From the NCBI GenBank assembly GCA_964016885.1, contig OZ024742.1:103788001-103852000 (forward strand): a DNA stretch of 64,000 bases, in the 5' to 3' direction. Positions 10,643-23,391 of the stretch are shown here, in pieces (within the stretch, counting starts at the first letter, position 1; each line of letters begins with the position of its first letter). The stretch is from Eledone cirrhosa (taxonomy: Eukaryota). A program made the position numbers and the translations under genes. The notes under the pieces were generated by a model, which was not told the DNA's origin, did not search any database, and saw only the letters and a list, made by a program, of their open reading frames with translations.

Positions 10643-11390
10643 CTGTCAGTCACAAATATAACATGTTAGAATTACATCTGTTAGTCACAAATATAACATG
10701 GTAGAACTACATCTGTTAGTCACAAATATAACATGGTAGAACTACATTTGTTAGTCACAAATATAACATTGTAGAGCCACACATGTCAGTCATAATTATA
10801 ATATAGTAGAATTACATCTGTTAGTTATAATTACAACATGGTAGGATTACATCTGTTAGTTATAATTACAACATGGTAGGACTACATCAGTCGGTCATAA
10901 ATATAACATGGTAGAACTATATCTGTCAGTCACACACATAACGTGGTAGAACTACATCTGTCAGTCACACATATAACATGGTAGAACTACATCCGTCAGT
11001 CACACATATAACATGGTAGAATTACATCTGTCATTCACAGATATAACATTGTAGAACTACATCTGTCAGTCACATATATAACATGGTAGAACTACATCTG
11101 TCAGTCACATATATAACATGGTAGAACTACATCTGTCAGTCACATATATAACATGGTAGAACTACATCTGACAGTGACATATAACACGGTAAAACTACAT
11201 CTGACAGTGACATATAACACGGTAGAACTACATCTGTCAGTCACACATATAACATGGTAGAATTACATGTCAGCCACACATATAACATGGTAGAACTACA
11301 TCTGTTAGTCACACATATAACATGGTAGAACTCCATCTGTCAGTCACAAATATAACATGGTAGAATTACATGTCTGTCACATATATAACA
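10643..11390. repeat. 33-35-bp minisatellite, about 21 copies, derived from the exon's 3' splice site
   Basis: Unit catctgtcagtcacatatataacatggtagaacta; the first unit contains the real acceptor AG. Confidence 0.93.
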
Positions 11391-14169
11391 TTTACTTAAA
11401 GACACTTATTATGTAAAGTGATTGTTGATAGGAAGGGCATCGAGCTGTAAAAAACCTGCCAAACAAAGGGGTGGGACAATTCTGTTGTGTCAAAGACATT
11501 ATAACCTCCTCAGTGATCATACAACAATAAAATGCACAGCCTATGCTGCAAAATGCAGGAACTTATGTGAGATGTAGACACCCCTGGCTCATCTGAGAGA
11601 TCAGTAGCTCCAATGAAATACTAACTTGGCCTGTAATGACATATCTAATGCATGCTAGCAGGGAAACTAACATTAAATGATGATGAAATTAACAAAAGAT
11701 ATTGGTTTCATGCCCTAAACAATCTTTACAAACCCCAAAATATAACTGAAAGTTCATCTCTGCATATGAAAATATTATGCAATGTCAACTTAGAAAATTA
11801 TGTATTCAATTTTTAACTGTCACACTGAAATTATTTACACAAGAGAAAATGTTTGAGAATGCAAAGTGATTGTATGTTTAGAGTGAATTCTCTCAATTCT
11901 TTTTTTATTTAAATAATTTTTATAAGTTTGATAGTAGTTCAGTCGTTTCAGAGAAAAAACAATCTTGTCTTTGAGTAGTTGCTTAGGGATATGTAGAATA
12001 AGCGCACTTTTGCAATAGCAGAAAATGAATAGTACAATCAAAGTAATGTAAATCTTACATTTGAGTAGTGCTACTTATATTACATCTGTTTTTAAAATAA
12101 CTATAGTATGACATTTGATAACTTAAGTATACTTTCAAAATTGATATAACAATCATCATTATTGTACATCCACTTTCATGCTGTCATAGGCTGGATGTGT
12201 CAGTTTGTATTTGGAGTAGCTGTTCTCCAAGACAGATTGAATGACCATGTTTTGCTCATGTTTCATCATCATTAACATCACTTTATATGCCGAGGTTAAC
12301 TTTGCCTTTCATCCTTATGGGGTTGATAAAATAAAGTACCAGTAATGCACTGCGTAATTGCTGGCCTTGTGCCAAAAGTAGAAACAATTATCATCACTTT
12401 ATATTCACTTTCAATGCTGGCAAAGGTTGGACAGGTTGTCTAAACAGATTCTTTGCTTAAACATTCATTCTATGGTTATATAAATTATTACCTGTACATA
12501 TAACTTTTATTTAATCCTCACTGGATTATGGTCTTCTGATGCTTGTATTTGCATTTACTATTATAACAATAATAATAATCATCATTATCACTGTTTATGA
12601 CCATGTCTTGCTCATACAGAGCTGTTTCTATCTAGGTTTCTATGGCTGGTTGCCTTTCCTTGTGGCACCAAAACAGCCAACTGAGAGGTTGAATTGGGTA
12701 GTTTTTCATCGTGCCACCAACATGACCACTTTACAGAGTGGACTGGGTGCTTTTGTCATGTCACCAACACGACCACCAGTACAACCATCTAAACTAAAAC
12801 AATAAAATAGTTCCTTAGTATGGCATCATATAAAGCTGTGGAAGGAATTTCTAACTCTTTACAATCTAGAATTATGAAGCTCATGCAAGGAATGAAAGAC
12901 TGAAAAAGATGAAAGAAAAGAGAATACGGTATTATATACACACACACACTGTAGAGTTTTTAACCAAGCTAAAACAATACAAATTTTCAGACTAATGCCA
13001 TTCTAATAAAGGAAACAAAAAGATACCACAAAGAAGCAGTGTTACAGTATTTACTAATAAGGGGGATATGTGTAAAAAAAGGAAGAGATGTGTTATAAGT
13101 TTGTAGGTTTACAATGACCATTTCATCAGTTTATCTTACACCAGATGTTTACCTACAGCCTCCAAATTGCCTAATCATGTAAGTTTGTAAATATGTATTC
13201 TATTTTATGTGGCATTCAACATAGCTGAATAATTAGGAAGTTGGTTTCATAGTTATGAGATTCCAAGCTCAATACCATTGCATGGAATCTTGGTTGTCTT
13301 TTACCCATAGCATAGTGTCAACCCAAGACTTGTGAGTCAAACTGGATAAATAGAAAGTGTTTTGAAGTTCGTTGGATGAACTGTACCTGTAATTCAAAAG
13401 GCTAACTTTCTCAAACAGTGTTTGATGCTGATGCTGACTCTCTCTAAGACTTATATTAAGAATACACATGTCAGTGGAATATTCAGCCACTTACACATTG
13501 ATTAAATGAATAGGCCTTACTGTTGATCAAATAACAGTAGGTTCATTTAGGTCCAATGTTATAACAAAAGCTAGGTGAAAATATTTGAAAATTTTCACAT
13601 TTTTCCCTTTATATCCATGTTTCAATACACATGTGAGGTTGTGGCAAACTTAGAAATTTACTTGTTAATGAAGCAATTGTTTTTACAGTGGATGCAGGTG
13701 GCATGGTAGCAAATTTAGAAATCTGCTTCTTCTTTTGCTCATTACCCAGCCAAAACCAGCTCTGGTTCTATGAAACAAAACCACCCATTTTAAAGGGTTC
13801 CTATTTAAATTAAGTCTTCCAACATAATTTTATATAAGAACCATATGTTAAGTTACTAACTTAAATTTCTTCATTAATTAATTGAAACAATGTATTTTAT
13901 TAGAAATACAGTCATTAAAGGGTTATAGCTCCAAGTTGACCCTCTTGGATTATTTTGGCAATATTGCTCATTGTAGAAACAAACTGGCTAAGTCATTATA
14001 GAACAAAACTCTTCATTTGTAAACTGAAAATCAACTTGGGAGACATTACCCAACAACTATAAAACTTCTTTTTCCATTCATTTCGAGCCTGGAATAATTT
14101 TCTCCAACTATATTTCATTACAGGCAAAGTTTGGTGAAATAATAAAGTGTAGACTAATTTTTGATGAAA

Positions 14170-14310
14170 GTCGATTATACTGGTACTTTATTTTATTGAC
14201 CCAGGAAAGATGAAAGGAAGGCAAAGTTGACCTCAGTGTGATTTGAACTCAGAATGTAGAAAGTTGCAAGTAAATACTACAATGCATTTTGTCCAACACT
14301 CCACCAATAC
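14170..14310 (-). mobile_element. tRNA-derived SINE (MetaSINE-like central domain). Further copies at ~12290-12390(+), 20515-20650, 21150-21280, 30005-30150, 32400-32610, 37550-37680, 38880-38960 and 58725-58815.
   Basis: Shared tactggtacttattttatcgacccc.aaaggatgaaaggcaaagttgacctc.g..gaatttgaactcagaa. Confidence 0.78.
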
Positions 14311-15014
14311 TACCACCATCAACATCATCATTATCATCATCATACTTTAATAATGCTAGTGGTGGCAGAAAGGTCACATGATCTGGTAAATATATCTAAA
14401 TTATATCCAAAAAGCTGTTTGTATATCTGCAGTAATAGTAAGCTATTAACATCTGAAGAGTTATTTGTAAGAATGTCATTGTATCTTAGCAGCAGCCTGT
14501 TCCTTCTTGAAACAGAGCCATTAGTTTCCTTTCATGTACGAATGGAGTGATCTGAACACAACTAGGAATTGTGAGGAAGTGAAATATCTTTCATATAATC
14601 TGAAGGGGGGAAGATTGCTTAGGATGTGCCCTCACTCACCATAATGTTAATTATTCCATACACAGACTTGCAGTCAACAGAACAGTTCTGGTATAAAACA
14701 AATATTTACAAACTTATCAAAATTGATTTTTTTTTTTGTTTCAATACACACACTAGGAAGAGGTACATAGATTTTAAACAGTCATATGAGCAGAGGTTGT
14801 TAGAGCCAATAACAAAACATTGAACCTCACAAAGGAGATGACGAAGGAACGTTGTGGGTGGTGGGAGGCTGTCCTGGGAAAGACCTGTTTAACCCATGCA
14901 AGCTTGGAAAAGCAGATGTAAAATGATGATGATGGTAACATAAGGAAAGAAAGGTAGTACTGTTGCTAAGCAAACAACTATGTAACAATTATTTATAAGC
15001 AAGAGGCATCATTG

Positions 15015-15490
15015 CTATCATTATCATTTTAGAACCATTTTTCCATGCTTGGGTTTATTTATCTCATATTTATGGTCCATTGTCCTCCTTCATGAGGTTT
15101 AGCATCCCAATACCAGCAGCCTTCACCGCTTCTTATGTCTTTTCTTGGTCTTCCTCTTTCACAGAATCCCACTTGGATTATTTGGCACATTTTTTTTATT
15201 CAACTATCATCCTCCATAAACATCACATCTCTACTAACTCAGTATTCTGAGTTAGTAGAGACATGTGATGTTTATGGAGCCAATTCCACTTAGATCCAGT
15301 TTTTCTCTTAACTCATTTGTGCTCCATCACTCATACACACTAACATTACACATCCAGCAGAGCACACTTACCTCATTTGATTCCAGCCTTCACACATCCT
15401 CTGCATTCAATGCCCATATTTTACTACCATGCAATACAGCATCTCATCTAAATAATTCTCTCTCTAATCAGTTGTGCTATAACTCTTAGC
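15015..15490 (-). mobile_element. Old RTE LINE 3' fragment
   Basis: Minus strand degenerates to LHGSK.WAL.AEDV.RLE.NE..VLCWMCNV and GRPRKT. Confidence 0.7.
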
Positions 15491-17160
15491 AGTTTAGGTA
15501 CGTTGCGTATTTATATTAAATAAAAATAATACACACACACAAACACAGACATATACTGTATACACAGTGTGTGCGTGTGTGATGTTAGGAAGGTCATACA
15601 ACTGTAAAGACCATGCTTCCAGTACATGGTGTACAGTGGTTGGTGTTAAGAAGGACATTCAGCTGTAAAAACCATGCTCCCAGTACATGCTATAAACTGG
15701 TTGGTATTAGGACTGGCATCCAGCCATAGAAACTATGCCAAAACAAAGCACACAAGTAGAGCCTAGTCACCCAACTGATCTGGCTTCAGTATGTAACAAC
15801 TGTCTAACCCATGCAAACATGGAATATATATTTTCTTCTTCATTAGTTCCTTTTGTTAAACATGGAGCATTAAGCAATGAAAAATATCCATTCCACATTG
15901 TTACAAGCCTTGTCACAGGCCTGGTATCAACTAGTTTCTGTAGCAATTTTCATTAATGGAGATAAGGTCATCAGCCTTGTATTCGGACTCCCTCCTTTCT
16001 CAACACAGCTGAAAAACTAACCTTGAGTTTCAAAGTGAAAAGAGGGGCCCATTTCAGGCACTGTCGGCCAGAGGCAGCTGAGAGAGGGACTCAAATCATT
16101 TCACTATTTTCAAACAGATTTATTGAGATGTAAACTGGACACACACAAACATACATACATACATACACTCTTACACATTCATATATATATATACACACAT
16201 CCTAAAAGATTCTCCAAGCTGAACTTAGCCTATTACAGTGCCAATCTTGGGTTAACTCAAGCTTATTGGATGCTTATTGTTCAGATTGTCTTCCAAATAT
16301 ATTCATCATATTTTGGAGTGCTTGTCTTTAGTTATTACTACTGTTGTTATTTAGTGCCAGTCCAATCCTGATAGAGCAAACCTACAATCAAAAGCATTCC
16401 AGTCCTGATCAGCCTGTTTTTTGGAGGGATTTCAGACATAGTCATAGATATACTACATTTATACAATGTGGTCTTCCTTTTTAAATGCTAAGATGTGGTT
16501 TGATGCAGATTTTGGCTCCTATTTCTAGCAGGTTGGGAGAGCACGTAGAAGCTCACACATAAGGTTGAAATGACATTTTTATGAGTTTGTGTAGTCTATT
16601 TGTATTCTAAAAATAAAGGATATTTTTCTTAATGAAATAAATACATAGTCACAATGTTGGAGTATGCTTGAACATAATATGAAGTAATTCATCCAAACAT
16701 TCCTGAACTGTCTGAATAAGAACTTAACCACCATTTCAGCAACAACAAGCATTTTATAGCCATCTTCCCTGCTGAAGCAGGGGTTAGCCTGTGGAGTCAC
16801 ATGACAAGCTTCTCTATTTTTCCCTATCATCTGCATTCTCTTTCACCAACCTTCTGTTTTTCATTCCTCCTCCACCATCTTTAGACATGTATTTCTTGGT
16901 CTCCTTCCTCCTTCCACATTTATTTCCATCACACCCCTCACCCAGTTACTTTCATCCTTCCTCAACACAAGATCCAACCATCTCATTCTATTTCTCTTCA
17001 CAACATTTCTGGTTCTACTCCCATCATATTCTGCAATTCATTGTTTATCTTTCATTCTCTCTCAGTGATACTCCACTCATCCAATGGACCATTTTCATTG
17101 ATATATTGATATAAAAATACTACATGACAAAGGGTAACGATTTTAGTAGCTTAGACTTAC

Positions 17161-17321
17161 TTTCTCAGTTTCTGTTTTCAAATCTCGCTGTACAATTTCA
17201 ATTGTCTGTCTCATCTGTGACAGATCTAAAGATAGTTCACTCTTCTCTTTCTCTAGTTGTAATTTTTCACTTTCAGCTGTTTGTCGCACACTTCGTTCTT
17301 GGTCAATTATCACCTGAAGTT
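17161..17321 (-). CDS. ROCK: ROCK exon (161 nt): ELQVIIDQERSVRQTAESEKLQLEKEKSELSLDLSQMRQTIEIVQRDLKTETEK
   Basis: ttatag/gtaagt boundaries; phase 1-0. Confidence 0.92.
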
Positions 17322-17564
17322 CTATAACACATAAAAATGTACAATAAAATGAAAGGAAGCAAATGAATGAGACAACATATTTACAAGAGGAAAAGAAGTA
17401 AATCGATTTTATGCCATCTTTTCCAAACCGGCATGGGGTGGACAGGACTTTTTGAGGCAATGTTTTACAGCTGAATCTACTTTCTGACATCAATCCTTTT
17501 AGTTTCTTTTTACAACATGCAGAGATATGGTGTACCTATTCTAAAATGGATACAAGTTTCTTAA

Positions 17565-18045
17565 TTCATTATCCTTTTAGATCTATTTCAAATGCTGGCA
17601 TGGGTTGGATGAGTAGTTATGGTCCAGGTGAGTGAACCATGTCTTGCACATACGTTCTATTTTCTTTGTCGGTTTCTACAGATGGATGTCCTTTCTAATA
17701 CCAATCTCTACAGAGAATACTGGGTGCATTCTATCATAGCCCCAGCACTACCACTTTACAGAGTGTACTGGGTGAATTTTATCACTGTACCAGCACTACC
17801 ACTTTACAGAGTGTGCTGAGTAAATTTTACTCTTGTGCCAGCGCTACCACTTTACAGAATGTACTGGGTGAATTTTACTATTGTGCCAGCACTACCACTT
17901 TACAGATTGTACTGGGTGAATATTATCATTGTACCAGCACTAGCAGTTTACAGAATGTACTGGGTAAATTTTATCACTGTACGAGCACAACCACTTTATA
18001 GAATGTACTGGGTGAATTTTATCATTGTACCAGCACTTCCACTTT
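17565..18045 (-). mobile_element. RTE-tail element with about 8-9 tandem ~39-bp units
   Basis: Unit ccactttacagagtgtactgggtgaattttatcattgtaccagcacta. Confidence 0.8.
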
Positions 18046-18359
18046 CTCTTCTATATGATAAATATTGGTTTGATCATAACCAAATCACGCTTCATCACAG
18101 TAGAAGATTTCTCTGGGTGAAGAAACATTTAAAATTTTTATCAAAGGAATTCCATCTAGTCTATTATTCAGTATATGAAGCCTACATAATCCATGTTAAA
18201 CCCTTTTCATACCAAACCACCTAAAACTGCCCCTGGTTGTGTGATACAGAGCTGTTTATCTAACAGCATTCCATCATAATTTTGTTATGTTCCAAACACC
18301 AACTCCTGCCATATAAATCCTTGTATTATTTATTTGTTTAGGAGTTTCTGTTGTTTTAC

Positions 18360-18507
18360 CTTTCATTGTCTCTACATTGACTTCTGATTTTGAAGATATG
18401 CTCGCCTGACATGCACTGAACTGGAACATTGTTGCCTTATGGCTTTCAACCTCATGTTCCCATTTCCTCATATATGTTTCTTTTTCCAGGTCCACATTGG
18501 CACGGTC
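18360..18507 (-). CDS. ROCK: ROCK exon (148 nt): DRANVDLEKETYMRKWEHEVESHKATMFQFSACQASISSKSEVNVETMK
   Basis: ttgcag/gtaaaa boundaries; E.E.EHKAT-like ROCK motif. Confidence 0.92.
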
Positions 18508-19799
18508 CTGCAAATATCAATGTGAAAAAAGGGTTTTAAAATTTGTTTCTTATTCTTTCAAATGTTTCTCAATTAATGGAAGCTAGTTGCACATTAAAAT
18601 GAATTGTAGAAATAAAAGTACATTACAGTGTAGAAGAAGAATCATCATCACTATTTATTGTCTATGTTCCATGCTTACATAGATTAGATGGCCAGGCATG
18701 TATTGAGGCCAGTCTGCTCAAGTGACTACATGTTGCTCGTACAATCCATTTTGGGCTTCGTTTTCTACAGATGGATGTCTTTCCTAATGCTAACCATCTT
18801 ACAGAGATGACTGGGTTATTTTTGTCATGCCACCAGTATGCCCAGTCATTTTATCCATTTAAAACTTAACTTTACTGTATATTTATCATTTATTTCTTGG
18901 TATCAAATCACTTGCCAGGCAATTACAACACCTAAATGTATATTATTCTGTATAATAATTTAACTTGTCTAGAAATGTATGTAAAAAAGCATGTTAATAC
19001 AGTAAGTAGTTTGTCCTAAAGTAATGTCAAAATTTTTAGCCAAAACCACCTACTTTAAAGGGTTATTATTGAAATTAAAATCTTTCAACATAATTTATAT
19101 AAGAACTTAAGTTAAGTTGCTGTTTTAGTATAATGAAATAATTAATTTTAGTAAATCCCTCAAAATTCTTCATTAATTAATTGAAATAGAGTGTATTCCA
19201 ATAGAAATACTGTCAAAAGTGGATACATTTTTTATTTCTTAGAATCAAATAATGCCAAAGGCTTCTTTTCATGTGGTATCTTTCTATTAATTCTTTTAAG
19301 TTTCTATATATACAATATCTGCACAAGAGCTATAATAAACTTAGGCATTCAAACATAGAACTAAGTATACTACTTAATTCTTTTCCTCAGTTCAGCCAAG
19401 TAGCTATGGCCATGCTGGGATATCACCAAAAATAGATAAGATCAAATATTAACTTTCATAGAGTTGTGGTGAATTGTACACCAGCTGCAAACAGAATTAC
19501 AATAATGCTAAGAAAGTGTTCAGAATTTTATAAGGATGTGTGTCACGGGGAGAAGTAAATTTTAAAGTTCAGGTAGGACCATTTATTAAAGAAGAAATGA
19601 CTGACAAAGAACCTTGCTTGAAATATCAAATCCCACTTCCTTCATAGTATGCACATCTTTTCAGTTTTATAAACTTTATTAATTGATTTTTTTGTGTGAT
19701 AGTCTATCACTAGTTTCTTTGGAGTCTTGGGGTTTTATCCTTCTCCCCTATAAAACTACTATATTGATATACTGTTTTTGTTGAAAATGAATTGTTTCT

Positions 19800-20067
19800 A
19801 ATTTAGACACAAGGCCAGCAGTTTGAGAGAGGTGAAAGTCAATTGTATCAACCCCAGTACTTTACTGGTACCTCATTTTATTGACCCCAGGAGGATGAAA
19901 GGTAAAGTTGACCCTGGCAGGATTGTTACATTCTGAGTTCATATCGCGCTGGGGTCAACTTTGCCTTTCGTCCTTCTTGGGTCAATAAAATAGTACCACT
20001 CAAATAATGGAGTCTATTTTAACCCATTTTCCCCTTTCCCTAAATTGCTGGCCTTGTGTCTAAATTA
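19800..20067. mobile_element. Two head-to-head SINE copies forming an inverted repeat
   Basis: aatttagacacaaggccagca...gttgaccc versus ggggtcaac...tgctggccttgtgtctaaatt. Confidence 0.85.
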
Positions 20068-20108
20068 AACACCATCATTTAAAAGAGAAAAAGTCTAATT
20101 TTACGCAC

Positions 20109-20215
20109 TTTCTCCAGTTGAAATATCATTTGATGAGCTTTCTGGAGTTCACTTGAATTTTCTATTTCCCGATTTTTCAGCATTTCATTTTCGTTTTGAA
20201 AATTATTCAATTTTT
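20109..20215 (-). CDS. ROCK: ROCK exon (107 nt): EKLNNFQNENEMLKNREIENSSELQKAHQMIFQLEK
   Basis: tttcag acceptor; gtgcgt donor gives the phase 0 needed by the next exon. Confidence 0.88.
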
Positions 20216-21434
20216 CTGAAAAGTAAACAAATGAAAATTTTTTTGTAATTAGTATTGTTTTTCAACTGAACAAATGGAGAAAGAGGGGAAAGAGAGACAG
20301 ATTCAGGTGTTGTGATGCAATGAAGACCATCACTACTTAATACTAATGTATGTTTGGGCCTGTAACTCCTGCCGAAATTACAGGGGAGATGTAGTGACAT
20401 ACAGAATGTCTTGGGCATTTTAAAGCTGGCAGAGCCCATTTCATTTCCAGGTTGATAACTTTCAGAGAAAGAAAGAGATATAGTGATAAAGAGATATACA
20501 GGAAGAAATCAACTCCAGTACTCAACTGGTATTTTACTTATCGACTTCAAAAGGACGAAAGGCAAAGTTGACCTCAGCATGTTTTGAACTCAGAGAGCAA
20601 AGTAACAGAATATTGCAAGGCATTCTATACAACATTCTAATAATTGTCAATATGTTGCCTACTTAATATTAATACATGGCTCTAAAAGAATTGACACCAT
20701 CAATCTTACTATACTAGTATCCCTATAATCATCTGCAATGTATAGGTAAAAAAAAAATACTAACTGGCTTTAATAATTTATACTCTTGGGCAGGTCTTCA
20801 CAAACTGAGTCAGTATTCAAGCAAAACTTCTGACCACTGAGATATCAGTAACTTCATTTGAATACTGACTTGGTTGGTGAAGACCCGTCCAACTGTTACT
20901 AGTGGGGAAAACGGAAGTTAAATGATGATGATGAAGACTCTTGAAATCCTCACCTATCTATAATTAAAATCAGGAATGTGAACAAGAACTCTTCTATTAA
21001 ACAGAAATACTACCATTTTAAACAATATAAAGATCTACAACCACTATTTGCAATTGTAAACCGACACAAACACCCTCTCAACCCTCCCTCCCTTGATCCA
21101 GCAGATCATCTAGGATGTAGCAGCTGGAAGAAGTGAGGGTTGCACCAATATTAGGCTGGTACTTCCGTTATTGACTCCACAAGAATGGAAAACTAAGAAA
21201 ACTTCAGCAGGATTTGAACTCAAAACACAGAGGTCTGAAACAAATATCCAACACTCTAACAAATCAGCAGCTAAATTGACCGCTTTATATTAAAACAATA
21301 TAAAGAACTTTAAAAATGTTGTGGGGTATGTAGTCAAAGGTTAGAACATACATAACTTATGCAAATAAATAACAAATAGCCACAAGGATAGTTTCAAGGA
21401 AGAGAATATATAAAAAGTTAAAATATCACTTTAC

Positions 21435-21603
21435 CCAACAAAGTATTTGATTGCTCTGATACTTTTTGGTTCAATAAGTGTTTTTCTTCTGCCAAAAGAG
21501 CATGTAAATTAGCAATTTCTTTCTCAAGTGACATTTTCACTGATTGTGTTTCTAAATATTTGTTATTCAGTTCTGTATAACTCTGGTCCACATGACTATA
21601 CCT
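21435..21603 (-). CDS. ROCK: ROCK exon (169 nt): RYSHVDQSYTELNNKYLETQSVKMSLEKEIANLHALLAEEKHLLNQKVSEQSNTLL
   Basis: tttcag/gtaaag boundaries; open coiled-coil frame. Confidence 0.9.
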
Positions 21604-21951
21604 CTGAAACGGTAAAAATACAAGTTTAGGCTTCTTATAGATAAGAAATTCATCAAATATCTCAATAACATGTGAAACTTCCTAAATTCAAAGAGACTCT
21701 AGATGCAAGGTAGTCAACTTTATTGTGAATATGATGGGGGTTCATCATCATCTCATCTTGGCATGCTGGTTGCACAGATTGCCACAACTCTCCCTCTCAA
21801 CCCATCGTCCATTACTGGTGACAGGTCCTCCAGGACCCTCACATGGCTACTTGATGTACGTTCTGCCCACACTGGAATGCCCATGCTTTGGTGTCCATAA
21901 CACAAAATGACAGGTGTTAAAAACAAATTTTATTCCACCAACCTTCAAAAA

Positions 21952-23166
21952 ATCATTTTCATTCATGCTGTGCAGCACTCAGCATCAAACATAGTGCATG
22001 TCGGAGATAACGTTCTGTTGAGTTCAGTAATACCATGCCATCTCCAAATTCCAGCCAACTTATCCTACACCCACCAGTCTTGATACTATTTCCAACTCAA
22101 CTACGCATATCAACCATGTCCATGAAAATTATGAGCAGGAGAGGTGACAGTACACACTCTTGGCGGAGTCCAACACCCTTATTGGATGGTTTTGACGTAG
22201 CACCATTTATCTGAACACATATACTAGGGCATTCATATAGAGTCATCGGGACAATAAAAAGCTGTCCGTTGATCCTATACTCCCACAGAACCTCGTATAA
22301 CAGGTCCTACGGAACACAGTCGTATGCCTTTTTGAGGTCTTCATAACAAGCATACACCTCTTGGCAATGCTCCCATGATTTCTCAATGACCAGCTGCAGT
22401 GTGAATATTTTGTCAGCTGTGCTACATCCAGGATGAAAAAACCCCACTGTTCATCAACTAGCTCTGACTCAACAATATCCCTACTTTCCCTACTGCAAAA
22501 AACTGAGACACTTATCCTCTGAAGGAAACCTGTGCAGTGCACTCTACATGTGAGAGGAGTTCCACTGAAACAGGTGAAGAAGTTCAAGTATGTCAGGGTG
22601 GTGTTCACAAGTGAGAGAAGGTAGGAGGCTGAATTAAGTGCAAGAATTGCTGTTGTTGCAGTAATCAGCCAGCTTCAGCATTCAGTCATCTGAAGAAGGG
22701 AGGTAGGTGCAAAAGCCAAACTCACTATCTTCAATCCAGTATTCGTGCCAACCCTTGCATATGGTTCTGAATCTTGTGTAATGACTAAAAGAATATGATC
22801 ATGAATACAAGCAGCCAAAATGAGGTTCCTCCAAAAGCTCTTTGGAGTAACGTTACTTGATAGAGAGCATAGCTCAGAGATCAAAGTGTCACTACTTCTT
22901 CAAATTAAGAGAGCATAGCTCTGATACTAAAGACATGTGGTTAGAATATCTCAGGAAAGAATCGCTGGACAGATTTTACAAGCAAAAACCAACTGGCAGA
23001 GGATCCAGGGGTAGACCCTGAGCATGATGATTGGATAACTTCCATGTGTTTGGCTTGTCTCGCTTGGGGGTCCAGCTAGGTCAATTGGAGACAATTCTTT
23101 CTGACAGAATGCATTGGAAGACATGCTTGAAGACTCTTCCCCCATGGCCCTCCCAAGAATAAGAAA
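21952..23166 (+). mobile_element. RTE-clade LINE, family B, with inverted 5' segment and 12-bp TSD
   Basis: RT on minus strand 21952-~22490 (EQWGF, DLKKAYD, GLRQECVLSPLL); continuation on plus strand ~22491-23166 (AKTETL, KFKY); TSD AACCTTCAAAAA at 21940-21951 and 23167-23178. Confidence 0.85.
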
Positions 23167-23391
23167 AACCTTCAAAAATGGAGAAAACAATACCACATAT
23201 TAGGAATGTCTTGTTTCTATTTGTAGAGAAGTTTTATGGATACATTGTGGTTTTGTTCATCAATCCCCCCTCCCTCTCTCTCTCTCTAATACCTTTACAC
23301 CTACATATCAGTTAAGTTATAAAAGGAAGTTAAAGCTTAATTTGGTCATATAACATTTTTCTCCCAATTCCATGTTATTTGGAATCGATTT

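Noticed and set aside
14225-14310. tRNA genes suggested by B-box-like GAGTTCAAAT motifs
   Set aside because: These are degenerate SINE heads that do not form a cloverleaf.
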